DNA from: an uncultured Alphaproteobacteria bacterium
GTDB taxonomy: Bacteria > Pseudomonadota > Alphaproteobacteria > Rhizobiales > Ancalomicrobiaceae
Direction: 5' to 3'
NCBI GenBank assembly: GCA_937892955.1
Contig: CALBKH010000096.1
Location: 7,621-71,620 of the forward strand
DNA: 64,000 nt
A program made the position numbers and the translations under genes. The notes under the pieces were generated by a model. That model did no database searches and was not told the DNA's origin. It saw only the letters and a list, made by a program, of their open reading frames with translations. The first letter of the stretch is position 1, and each line of letters starts with the position of its first letter. Positions 29,413-38,367 of this stretch are shown in pieces.

Positions 29413-30549
29413 TCAGGGGTTGATCATCGGCAGGACCTTGGTGATCACTTGGCGGCCGTCCTTGACCTCGGCGAGGAAGCTCTCGCGGTCGACGTCGCCG
29501 ACGTCGTTCCACTTGGTCTCGATGAGGATGCCGGGGACATCCTTCGGCGAGATCCGGAAGCCGTGCATGGTCTTCATCAGGGCTTCACGGTCGAAGGAGC
29601 CGTTCTTCTCGGTGGCGGTCTTGATCGCCCACACCGAGGTGTAGCCTTTGATGCCGTTGTGGTCGGACTTGTAGTTGTACTTGGCCTGAAAGGCGTCGGA
29701 GAAGGTCTTGAAGCCGGGGATCGGCGCATCGACCGACAGACCGACGTGACCCTTGACGCCGTTGGCGGCGTCGCCGGCCAGTTCGATCACCTTGGCGCCG
29801 AGCAGTGTGGTCTCGCCGACCAGCGGCTTGTCGATGCCCTGCTGCTTGGCGGCGCGCAGGAAGCGGGCGCTCTCTTCTTCGTTGAGATAGACGAACACCG
29901 CGTCGGCGTTCGAGCCCTTCACCTTGATGGCGTCGGCGGCGAAATCGGCCTGACCGGATTCGGTGGCGATGTCGGCGGCCACCGCGATGCCGCGCTTCTG
30001 CAGCTCGGGGATCATCGCGTCGCGGCCGCCCTTGCCGAAGTCGTTGTTGACCCAGACGATCGCCACCGACTTGGCCTTGAGGTCGTCGCGGAACCAGTTG
30101 GCGAGCTTGGGCATCGCGTCGGCCTGATTGAGCGACGAGCGGAAGAGATAGGGGTTGCCCTGCTTGGTCAGTGAGGCCGCCTCGCCGCCGACGAACTGCG
30201 GCACACCGGCCTTCTGGGCGATCTGCATCGAGGCGCCGATCGGGCCGGAGAACACCGGTCCGAGGACGACGTAGGTGCCCTCGTCGATGGCGCGCTGCAC
30301 GGCGGCGCGGGTGTTGCCCGGGTTGGTCTGGGTGTCGTAGTGGGCGATGTCGATCTTCTTGCCGAGGATGCCGCCCTTGGCGTTGATCTCGGCGACGGCG
30401 AGGTCGACGCCGTTCTTCCAGTTGGTGCCGGCGGTGGCGCCCGCGCCGGAGAGCTCGATGACGTCGATCAGCTTGACGCTGTCCTCGGCCGCGGCCGGGA
30501 CGACGAAGGCGACGGTGGCGAAGAGAGCCGCGGCGAAGGTGATTTTCAT
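29413..30549 (-). CDS. periplasmic substrate-binding protein, LivK/type-1 PBP family (ligand unknown)
   Basis: Track ORF 29413..30750 trimmed to ATG 30549 (MKITFAAALFATVAFVVPAAAEDSVKLIDVIELSGAGATAG...). It has a signal peptide and a Leu/Ile/Val-binding-protein-like layout. Confidence 0.85.
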   Translation of the reverse strand: MKITFAAALFATVAFVVPAAAEDSVKLIDVIELSGAGATAGTNWKNGVDLAVAEINAKGGILGKKIDIAHYDTQTNPGNTRAAVQRAIDEGTYVVLGPVFSGPIGASMQIAQKAGVPQFVGGEAASLTKQGNPYLFRSSLNQADAMPKLANWFRDDLKAKSVAIVWVNNDFGKGGRDAMIPELQKRGIAVAADIATESGQADFAADAIKVKGSNADAVFVYLNEEESARFLRAAKQQGIDKPLVGETTLLGAKVIELAGDAANGVKGHVGLSVDAPIPGFKTFSDAFQAKYNYKSDHNGIKGYTSVWAIKTATEKNGSFDREALMKTMHGFRISPKDVPGILIETKWNDVGDVDRESFLAEVKDGRQVITKVLPMINP

Positions 30550-30655
30550 TTCGGTTTCCTCCCGGTGACGGACGGTTCGTTGGACCGTCTCTCGTGTGGA
30601 TCCCGGCCCGGGCGGGGTCGAGATCGATGGCGTGAAGTCGACCCTCGAGCCGCCC

Positions 30656-32590
30656 TCACAGATATTCGACGATGTCGCCGCGCCGGCGCAGCTCGGCGAG
30701 TGCGGCCATGCGGGCGGGCGCGTTGGCGGCGCCGTAGAGATCGTAGCCACCCTTGCGGCTCACCACTTCGAAGAAGAAGCGGTCCTGGAACGGCGTGCCG
30801 TAGAGGTGGAAGAACTCCGCCTCGCCGGTGCGATCGTAGAGGATGCCGAGGTGCTGCATCTCGTCGACCAGCGCGTCGTCGAGGCCGAAGCGGGCGGCGA
30901 CGTCGGCGTAATAGTTGGGCGCGATCGACAGGATCGGCGCACCCGCCGCCTTCAGCGCCCGCGCCGCCGCCCAGATGTCGGCGGTCTCGAAGGCGATGTG
31001 GTGGACGCCGGCACCGGAATAGGTCGAGACCGACCGCGCCGTGGCGGTGCGCCGACCTTCCGAGATGTTGAGCGGCATACGGATGCGACGCGACGCATCG
31101 GAGACGGCGCGCGAGCGCACCAGACCGTAGGGGTCCGGCAGCAGCCAGGTGGTCTCCGGTTCCAGCCCGAGAACGGCCCGATGGAACAGCACCCAGCTGT
31201 CGAGATCGTCCTCCGGCAGCGCCTCGGCGACATGGTCGATGCGGCCGAGCCCGACGGGGGACCGATGCGGGATGCCCTCGAGGACGAAGTCGCTCTCGAA
31301 GGCGTAGCCGCCGCCGGCGTCGCGGCCGGTGAAATAGACGAGGCTGCCGTCGTGGTTGCGGATCGCCGGGATGGTCATCTCACCGGCACCGATGCGGCCC
31401 TCGAAACGAGCGGCGCCGTAGCTCTCGGCGCGGGCCAGTGCGGCGTGCGGATCGTCGGTCTCGAGCGCCAGCGCGCAGACCGACGGGCCGTGCATCAGGT
31501 AGTAGGCCTGAGCGACGCTGTCGCGCTCGGAGTTGATGACGAAGCGGATGTCGCCCTGCCCCCAGAGATCGACGTCCTTGGAGCGATGGCGGCCGAGCTT
31601 GGCGAAGCCGAAGGGCGCCAGCCACGCCTCGAGTTCGGCGCGCGCACCGTGATCGACGGCGAATTCTACGAAGGCGAAGCCGTCGAGATCGGCGGCCGGC
31701 GGCGGATCGAAGAGTTCGACCCGGCGGCGGATGCGCTTCTTCTCGCCGGCCGGCGCGGCGGCGGCGTCCGCCGCGAGCAGACCGCGGGTCTTCTCCTCCA
31801 GCCACAGCAGCGAGCGCATGGCGTCGCGGGCGGTGGTGCGCGGCGCAGCGCGGCGCAGTTCGTCGTTGAAGATCTCGAGGCTGATCGGCCCGGCGTAGCC
31901 GGCGGCGATCACCGCACGCAGGAAGGCCGGCACGTCGAACTCGCCCTGCCCCGGCAGGCAGCGGAAATGGCGCGACAGGGTCAGCGCCGACATGCCGAGA
32001 CGCGGCGCGTCGGCGAGCTGGACGAAGAAGATGCGTTCGCCCGGCACCTCGGACAGGCCGCTCCGGTCGTCGGGCAGCGCCAGGGTGTGGAAGCTGTCGA
32101 CGATGAGGCCGAGGTGGGGATGATCGGCCTTTTCGACCAACCGCCAAGCGTGATCGAAGGTCTTGATCCGGGTGCCCCAGGACAGCGCCTCGAAGCCGAT
32201 CTTGAGGCCGCGCTTCGCCGCCCGCTCGGCCAGCGCCCGGAGCTGCGCCGCGGCGCGTTCGTCGTCGTCGATGGCGTCGGGCGAGACGTTGGAGCACACC
32301 AGCATCAAGGGCGCACCGAGATCGCCCATCAGGTCGAACTTGCGTTCGGCCCGATCGAGATTGCGGGCGAAGGTGGCGTCGTCGACGCCTTCGAGATCGC
32401 GAAAAGGTTGGAACAGCTCGATGGCGAGGCCGAGGTCGGCCGCCATCGCCGCCACCTGCCGGGGATTGCCGGGGAAGAAGGTCAGATCGTTCTCGAAGAT
32501 CTCGACGCCGTCGAAGCGGGCGATGGAGATCGCCTCGAGCTTTTCCGGCAGCGTGCCCGACAGCGAGACGGTGGCGATCGAGCGCCGCAT
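30656..32590 (-). CDS. bifunctional-type 3-dehydroshikimate dehydratase-like protein: xylose-isomerase-like TIM barrel fused to an HPPD/VOC-like domain (QuiC1/QsuB-type architecture)
   Basis: Track ORF 30656..32749 trimmed to ATG 32590 (MRRSIATVSLSGTLPEKLEAISIARFDGVEIFENDL...), with GGGAGAG upstream. The C-terminal half (IDHVAEALPEDDLDSWVLFHRAVLGL...GVHHIAFETADI...FFFEVVSRKGGYDLYGAANAPARMAA) looks like a 4-hydroxyphenylpyruvate-dioxygenase-type VOC domain. Confidence 0.75.
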   Translation of the reverse strand: MRRSIATVSLSGTLPEKLEAISIARFDGVEIFENDLTFFPGNPRQVAAMAADLGLAIELFQPFRDLEGVDDATFARNLDRAERKFDLMGDLGAPLMLVCSNVSPDAIDDDERAAAQLRALAERAAKRGLKIGFEALSWGTRIKTFDHAWRLVEKADHPHLGLIVDSFHTLALPDDRSGLSEVPGERIFFVQLADAPRLGMSALTLSRHFRCLPGQGEFDVPAFLRAVIAAGYAGPISLEIFNDELRRAAPRTTARDAMRSLLWLEEKTRGLLAADAAAAPAGEKKRIRRRVELFDPPPAADLDGFAFVEFAVDHGARAELEAWLAPFGFAKLGRHRSKDVDLWGQGDIRFVINSERDSVAQAYYLMHGPSVCALALETDDPHAALARAESYGAARFEGRIGAGEMTIPAIRNHDGSLVYFTGRDAGGGYAFESDFVLEGIPHRSPVGLGRIDHVAEALPEDDLDSWVLFHRAVLGLEPETTWLLPDPYGLVRSRAVSDASRRIRMPLNISEGRRTATARSVSTYSGAGVHHIAFETADIWAAARALKAAGAPILSIAPNYYADVAARFGLDDALVDEMQHLGILYDRTGEAEFFHLYGTPFQDRFFFEVVSRKGGYDLYGAANAPARMAALAELRRRGDIVEYL

Positions 32591-32713
32591 GTCGTTCTCT
32601 CCCTGAACCCCGGCCATCGTTTTCCGATGTGCCGCGCGGGCGCCGTCTTCGGCGTCTCCGCATTCGTTGCCGAACAATGTCCGACATGCCCGGGCACGCC
32701 GCACGGGGCGCTC

Positions 32714-32756
32714 GTCATGTTCCGACATGACGAAAGTCACTTTATACAATCGATTG
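32714..32756. promoter_or_regulatory. two palindromes in the promoter region of the minus-strand catabolic/transport operon
   Basis: GTCATGT tccg ACATGAC at 32714-32731, and the perfect 10-bp palindrome CAATCGATTG at 32747-32756. Both lie in a locally AT-rich stretch 120-170 bp upstream of the 32590 start. Confidence 0.25.
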
Positions 32757-32834
32757 AAATTCCGAAAAGACCGATGAAACCGTCGCGTTCCGTCGTTCCG
32801 AGGGGGAAAACTCGTCCCGTCGCCCGAAATCCTC

Positions 32835-33545
32835 TCACCGCCGCGGCCGGCCCAGCGCCTTCACCGCCAGTTCGGTGCGGGTCTGGACGTGCAGCTTCTC
32901 CATGATGCGGCTGACGTAGTTCTTCACCGTGCCCTCGGCGAGGTGGACAGCATCGGCGATCTCGCGGTTCGAGCGGCCCTTGGCGACGAGGGCGAGGATC
33001 TCCTCCTCGCGTTCGGTGAGCGGCTCGTCGGCCGCCTCCCCCTCCCCCGCCACCGGCACCTGCGGCCGGGCGCGGCGGAACTCCTCGAAGACTTTCCGCG
33101 CGACGAGCGGCGACAGGCGCGATTCGCCCCGCTTCACCGCGCGGATGGTGTCGAGGATCTCGTTCTCGGAGGTGTCCTTCAACAGATAGGCCTGTGCCCC
33201 GGCGGAGATCGCCTCGAACACCAGATCGTCGGTGTCGAAGGTGGAGAGCGCCACCACCTGGCTACCCGGATGTTCGGCGACGATGCGACGGGTGGCGGCG
33301 ATGCCGCCGAGGCGCGGCATCTGGATGTCCATCAGCACGATGTCGGGGCGGTAGCGGCGGACGAGATCGATCGCCTCGACACCGTCGGCGGCCTGACCCA
33401 CCACCTCGATGTCCGGCTCCATCTGGAACATGGTGGCGAAGGCGCGGCGGATCAGTTGCTGATCCTCGGCGATGACGACGCGGATCGCCTCGGCCGGCGC
33501 GGCGTCGGCATCCGTGGGGGGCTCGGGTCGGTCGCTCGGCGCCAT
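32835..33545 (-). CDS. NarL/FixJ-family response regulator (REC + LuxR-type HTH)
   Basis: Track ORF trimmed to ATG 33545. REC motifs are present (VVIAEDQQLIR, PDIVLMDIQMPRLGG, VVALSTFD). The C-terminal segment LTEREEEILALVAKGRSNREIADAVHLAEGTVKNYVSRIMEKL is a LuxR-type HTH. Confidence 0.85.
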   Translation of the reverse strand: MAPSDRPEPPTDADAAPAEAIRVVIAEDQQLIRRAFATMFQMEPDIEVVGQAADGVEAIDLVRRYRPDIVLMDIQMPRLGGIAATRRIVAEHPGSQVVALSTFDTDDLVFEAISAGAQAYLLKDTSENEILDTIRAVKRGESRLSPLVARKVFEEFRRARPQVPVAGEGEAADEPLTEREEEILALVAKGRSNREIADAVHLAEGTVKNYVSRIMEKLHVQTRTELAVKALGRPRR

Positions 33546-33594
33546 GGTGTCTCGGTCTCGGTTCGATCGATGAGACGCCGTCCACGGACCCCGG

Positions 33595-34041
33595 TCAAGC
33601 GCTCGGTGGCTCCGCGGCATAGCGGGCGAGCCGTTCGCCGAGCGTGCCGGTGTGCAGTTCGAAGAGATGGCCGTCGTGGTCGTGGAAATAGATCGAGCGG
33701 CCCTCGCCGGGAACCCGTGGCCGCCCCTCGCGCAGGTCGAGGCCGAGCGAGCGAACCGCGGCGAGCGAGCGATCGTGGTCCGCCTCGGCGATGCGGAGGG
33801 CGACGTGGTCGTAGCTGCGCGTCGTCGGACGCTCGCCCTGCATGATGGCGATCCAGATCGGCGCCGGCGCATCCGCGTCGCCGGGCTCACCGCCGACCAG
33901 GAAGAAGCGTTCCGGCGACAGCGAGAAGGTGTTCGCGCCGCTGTCGTAGACCCGCCGCGCGCCGAGCACGGTGGTCAGGATCTCCTCCACGGACTCGAGA
34001 TCGCGGACGACGAAGGTGATGTGGCTGAGACCCAGGACCAT
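33595..34041 (-). CDS. fosX: FosX-like VOC-family metalloenzyme (fosfomycin hydrolase homologue)
   Basis: Track ORF trimmed to ATG 34041. MVLGLSHITFVVRDLESVEEIL...FSLSPERFFLVG...IWIAIMQGERPTTRSYDHVALRI...RPRVPGEGRSIYFHDHDGHLFELHTGTLGERLARY is co-linear with the FosX sequences of Mesorhizobium and Listeria as I remember them. Confidence 0.75.
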   Translation of the reverse strand: MVLGLSHITFVVRDLESVEEILTTVLGARRVYDSGANTFSLSPERFFLVGGEPGDADAPAPIWIAIMQGERPTTRSYDHVALRIAEADHDRSLAAVRSLGLDLREGRPRVPGEGRSIYFHDHDGHLFELHTGTLGERLARYAAEPPSA

Positions 34042-34327
34042 GGCGTGAGCAGAGCCCACGCAAGGGCCGAAGGCAACCGGAAAGCCCGGCCGCGAGGAGG
34101 ATCGCGGGAAGAACGAGGGTCCCGCGCCCTGTGCGGGCGAGCAAGAATGCCGGGGAACGCATCGCGGCTGTCCGTTTCGTCTTGCGCGCCGACGCGCGCC
34201 TTTCCTTCTCCCCTTGCGGGAGAAGGATTCCGAGCCGTGTCCGGGGCGCCGAAAAGCACCTCGATCATTTGTTTCATCAGAAGGTTGGCGCATTCCTTCA
34301 GCCGCGGGACCGGACAGCCGTGGGGTT

Positions 34328-35227
34328 TCACCCGCCCCGCGCGAACCCTTCCGGCGTCGGCGCGACGAACTCGCGTTTCCCGCCGCGCCCATCCGGCAGC
34401 ACCAGCCGATGGGCGTGCAGCATCAGCCGCGGCGCGGTGCGGCCGTCACCGTAGAGCCGATCGCCGAGGATCGGGTGGCCGAGAAGCTTCGCATGGATGC
34501 GCAACTGGTGCTGCCGACCGCTCTCCGGATGGAAGGCGACGAGGCTCGAGCGCCCGTCCGCCGCCGTCTCGACCACCTCCCAGCCGGTCGCCGCGGAAAG
34601 TCCTCGCGGGTCGTCCGGCGCGGCGGCGACCATGCGCCCACCCTTGGCGGTCGCGACCTTCTCGAGTGGCGTCGCGATCCGTCCCGTCGGTGGCTCGGGC
34701 ACGCCCTCCACCACCGCCAGATAGGTCTTCTCCACCGCCCGCGAGGCGAAGGCGCGGCCGAGGCTCTCGGCGAGGCGGCCGTGTTTCGCCGCCACCAACA
34801 GGCCGGACGTGTCCTTGTCGAGCCGGTGGACGAGCCGCGGCCGCTCGCCCTCGGCGTCGACCAGCTTCGCCAGGATCGAATCGAGATCCTCCGTCGTGCG
34901 CGTCCCCCGGTGCACGGCGAGACCCGACGGCTTGTCGAAGACGATCAGATCATCGTCCTCGAAGAGCGTGATCCGGGCGAGGAGATCGCGCTCCACCGGG
35001 CTCGGGCCGGCCGCCTGTCCCGCCTCCACCACCGCCCGCTTCGCCGGTTCGGCGAGCCGCACCACCTGCCCCGCGGCGAGAACATCGCTCGCCCGCGCCT
35101 TGCGCCCATCGACGGTGAGCCGACCCTGTTTCAACAGGACGGCCGCCGTCGGCGCCCGCGGCGCATGGATGCGCAGGAAGCGGTCGAGCCGCATGCCCTT
35201 CTCGGAGGAGTGGACGATACGTTCCAT
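34328..35227 (-). CDS. RluA-family 23S rRNA/tRNA pseudouridine synthase with N-terminal S4 domain
   Basis: 299-aa ORF with the catalytic motif HRLDKDTSGLLVAAK, plus KTYLAVVEG and GRQHQLRIH. Confidence 0.85.
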   Translation of the reverse strand: MERIVHSSEKGMRLDRFLRIHAPRAPTAAVLLKQGRLTVDGRKARASDVLAAGQVVRLAEPAKRAVVEAGQAAGPSPVERDLLARITLFEDDDLIVFDKPSGLAVHRGTRTTEDLDSILAKLVDAEGERPRLVHRLDKDTSGLLVAAKHGRLAESLGRAFASRAVEKTYLAVVEGVPEPPTGRIATPLEKVATAKGGRMVAAAPDDPRGLSAATGWEVVETAADGRSSLVAFHPESGRQHQLRIHAKLLGHPILGDRLYGDGRTAPRLMLHAHRLVLPDGRGGKREFVAPTPEGFARGG

Positions 35228-35258
35228 GTCCGCTGTTTCGATCTCCGCCGACGCCGCC

Positions 35259-36761
35259 TCACGCCGCCCGCACTTCGGCCATGAACGCGTCGATCTCGGC
35301 GATCGCCTCCTCGCTCAGCCGCAATCCGAGCTTCGAACGCCGCCACACGACGTCCTCCGCCGTCACCGCCCATTCCTCGCCCATGAGGTGGCACACCTCG
35401 CGCTCGGTGAGGCCGGCGCCGAAGTCGCGCCCCAATCCGGCCGCGGTCTTCGTCTCGCCGATGATCCGCCGTGCCCGCGTCCCGTAGGCGCACACCAGCC
35501 GGCGGACGAGATCCGGTGCGAGGAACGCATACTCTCGCGTCATCTCGGCGATCAGCGCTTCGCGACCCTCGACGGGGAAGTCGCCGCCGGGCAGCGGCGC
35601 GTGAGCCGTCCACCCGGCCATCGCTGCGGTCCCCGCCGGCAACAGCGGACCGAGCTTCTTCAGCACCGCCTCGGCCAACATCCGATAGGTGGTGAGCTTG
35701 CCGCCGTAGATCGACAGCACCGGCGCCCGTCCCTCGGTCGCATCGAGATCGAGGACGTAGTCGCGCGTCGCCGCCTTGGCCTCGCTGGCGCCGTCGTCGT
35801 AGAGCGGCCGCACGCCGGCGAAGGTCCACACCACCTCCTCGTGCAGGATCGTCCGCGCGAAATACTCGCTCGCGGCCCGGATCAGATAGCCGATCTCCTC
35901 CTGCGAACACGCGACCGCCGCCGGATCGCCGCGGTAGTCGACGTCGGTGGTGCCGATCAGCGTGAAGTCGCCCTGATAGGGGATGGCGAAGATCACCCGC
36001 CCGTCGGCGTTCTGGAAGATGTAGGCGCGGTCGTGATCGAAGAGCCGCTTCACCACGATGTGCGAGCCCTTGACCAGCCGCACCCGCGCCGGCGTCGTCG
36101 ACCCGAGCACCTGACCGACGACGTCCGCGACCCACGGACCCGCGGCATTGACCAGGATGCGCGCCGCGATCTCCTCGCGCGACCCGTCGGCCATTTCGAG
36201 CGTCACCCGCCAGTGGTCGGCTCCTCGCTCCGCCGCCACCACCTTCGTCCGTGTGGCGATGGTCGCCCCCCTCTCGGCGGCGTCGCGGGCGGTCAGAACC
36301 ACGAGCCGGGCGTCGTCGACACGGGCGTCGGAATATTCGAAGCCGCGCTTGAACATGCCCGGCTTCAGCGGGCCACCGGCGGCGTCGTGCCTCAGATCGA
36401 GGGTGCGGGTGGGCGGCAGGAGCTTCCGTCCGCCGATGTGGTCGTAGAGGAAGAGGCCGAGACGCAGGAGCCAGGCGGGACGCAGACCGCGATGATGCGG
36501 CAGCACGAAGCGCAGCGGCTCGACGATGTGCGGCGCCATGCGCCAGACGATCTCGCGCTCGACGAGGCTCTCGCGCACGAGGCGGAACTCGTAGTGCTCG
36601 AGGTAGCGTAGGCCCCCGTGGATCAGCTTCGTCGACCACGACGAGGTGCCCGAGGCGAGATCGTTCATCTCGCTGAGGTGAACCTTCAGCCCGCGCCCGG
36701 CCGCGTCGCGGGCGATGCCGCAGCCGTTGATGCCACCGCCGATCACCGCGAGATCGTACAT
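35259..36761 (-). CDS. glpD: FAD-dependent glycerol-3-phosphate dehydrogenase
   Basis: MYDLAVIGGGINGCGIARDAAGRGLKVHLSEMNDLASGTSSWSTKLIHGGLRYLEHYEFRLVRESL, the classic GlpD N-terminus. Start placed at the ATG giving MYDL; the track ORF begins 13 codons earlier. Confidence 0.9.
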   Translation of the reverse strand: MYDLAVIGGGINGCGIARDAAGRGLKVHLSEMNDLASGTSSWSTKLIHGGLRYLEHYEFRLVRESLVEREIVWRMAPHIVEPLRFVLPHHRGLRPAWLLRLGLFLYDHIGGRKLLPPTRTLDLRHDAAGGPLKPGMFKRGFEYSDARVDDARLVVLTARDAAERGATIATRTKVVAAERGADHWRVTLEMADGSREEIAARILVNAAGPWVADVVGQVLGSTTPARVRLVKGSHIVVKRLFDHDRAYIFQNADGRVIFAIPYQGDFTLIGTTDVDYRGDPAAVACSQEEIGYLIRAASEYFARTILHEEVVWTFAGVRPLYDDGASEAKAATRDYVLDLDATEGRAPVLSIYGGKLTTYRMLAEAVLKKLGPLLPAGTAAMAGWTAHAPLPGGDFPVEGREALIAEMTREYAFLAPDLVRRLVCAYGTRARRIIGETKTAAGLGRDFGAGLTEREVCHLMGEEWAVTAEDVVWRRSKLGLRLSEEAIAEIDAFMAEVRAA

Positions 36762-36937
36762 CGTGCTCACGCCGTTTCTCCGCATCTTCCCAGCCGTCAC
36801 GTCGATTCCGGCGGCGGCATACTAGTACGACGAAACACCGACGCGGACGGCCTTGTCGCAGCTCTGCCCCTTCACTACCGTCGGGTTCACCGTCGGTCGG
36901 GGACGGACCCGCCGACGGCGCTCGTGAGGGGGGACCG

Positions 36938-37225
36938 ATGAGCGCCTACGTCATCTTCGACGTCCGGATCGACGATCCGGCACGCTATCAGGAATTCATG
37001 ATCGGTGTGAAACCGGCGCTGGAGGCGGCCGGCGCGAAATATCTCGCCCGCGGCGGCGAACACCGCGTCTACGAAGGCGATTGGGAACCGCGGCGCATCG
37101 TGCTGCTCGAATTCCCGACGCTCGCCGCCTGGGAGGGCTTCTATCACGGCCCGGTCTACCAGGGCCTGAAGGCCGTCCGCGACGCCTGCAGTTCGGCGCG
37201 GCTGGTCGGCGTCGAAGGGCTCTGA
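36938..37225 (+). CDS. DUF1330-family small protein
   Basis: 95-aa ORF MSAYVIFDVRIDDPARYQEF...RIVLLEFPTLAAWEGFYHGPVYQGLKAVR, recognised from memory of the family pattern. Confidence 0.7.
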   Translation: MSAYVIFDVRIDDPARYQEFMIGVKPALEAAGAKYLARGGEHRVYEGDWEPRRIVLLEFPTLAAWEGFYHGPVYQGLKAVRDACSSARLVGVEGL

Positions 37226-37407
37226 CGCGCTCCCGCGCCGAGCCGAGAGCGGATACCGGGAGGTCCCGAGGGCGATTTTTCGCTTCGCCGGTGAAAATCG
37301 GCAATTCGGTGCTGGTCCCGACCGCCCTCGATCGAGTTGACTGAAGCGCGGCGCAGCAGCTCGTTGCGCCGCGACGGAATTGTTTCACCGCCCGGACCTC
37401 GACCGAC

Positions 37408-38196
37408 ATGTGCGAACTCCTCGGCATGAGCGCCAACGTGCCCACCGACATCCGCTTCTCCTTCGCCGGCTTGGCGCGACGCGGCGGCGAGACCGGTCCG
37501 CACGGCGACGGCTGGGGCATCACCTTCTATGAGGACCGCGGCTGCCGCTCCTTCCACGATCCCGAGCCCTCGGCGAAGTCCGACATCGCCCGCCTGCTGC
37601 GCGCCTATCCGATCCGCAGCCGCGTCGTCGTCGCCCACGTGCGCCGCGCCAACCGCGGGCGGGTGGCGCTGGAGAACACCCACCCCTTCACCCGCGAACT
37701 GTGGGGGCGGCCGTGGAGCTTCGCCCACAACGGTCAGCTGAAGGGCATCAAACGCCTACCCCTCGGCCGCTTCCGCCCGATCGGCGCCACCGACAGCGAG
37801 CACGCCTTCTGCCGCATCCTCGGCGACCTCGAAACGCGCTTCCCGTGCCTGCCCTCGCCCGCCCGGCTCGACGCGGCGCTGCCCGAACTCTTCGCCCGCC
37901 TCGCCGAGCTCGGCGTCTTCAACTGCCTGCTCAGCGACGGCCGTACCCTCTACGCCCACTGCGGCAAGCGCCTCGCGGTGATCACCCGCCGCGCCCCCTT
38001 CGGCAAGGCGACGCTGATCGACGACGACCTCCAGGTCGACTTCGCCGCCGAGACGACCCCGAACGACGTCGTCACAGTGGTCGCCACCCGCCCCCTCACC
38101 CGCGACGAGGAATGGCGCGACCTCGTCCCCGGCGAGACGCTGATCCTGCGCGACGGCGAGACCGTGTCGCGCCGCGCCGGCCGAGTGGTGCCGTGA
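37408..38196 (+). CDS. yafJ: class-II (Ntn) glutamine amidotransferase, YafJ-like
   Basis: MCELLGMSANVPTDIRFSFAGLARRGGETGPHGDGWGITFYE...VVAHVRRANRGRVALENTHPFTRELWGR is nearly co-linear with E. coli YafJ, including the N-terminal nucleophile Cys2. Confidence 0.85.
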   Translation: MCELLGMSANVPTDIRFSFAGLARRGGETGPHGDGWGITFYEDRGCRSFHDPEPSAKSDIARLLRAYPIRSRVVVAHVRRANRGRVALENTHPFTRELWGRPWSFAHNGQLKGIKRLPLGRFRPIGATDSEHAFCRILGDLETRFPCLPSPARLDAALPELFARLAELGVFNCLLSDGRTLYAHCGKRLAVITRRAPFGKATLIDDDLQVDFAAETTPNDVVTVVATRPLTRDEEWRDLVPGETLILRDGETVSRRAGRVVP

Positions 38197-38367
38197 CGCG
38201 TTAGGCCGCCGTTCATCGCTGCGCGCTAAGGATCGATCCGTCCCGCGAAATCGTCGCACCGCCGGGCGGGGTACGGCGTCGATCTTCGCGGTGGAGCGGG
38301 CTCCGCCTGCCGGATCGTGTCGTGGCGACACGAGGGGACGGGCAACGATGTGACGGCGTATGGTCGG

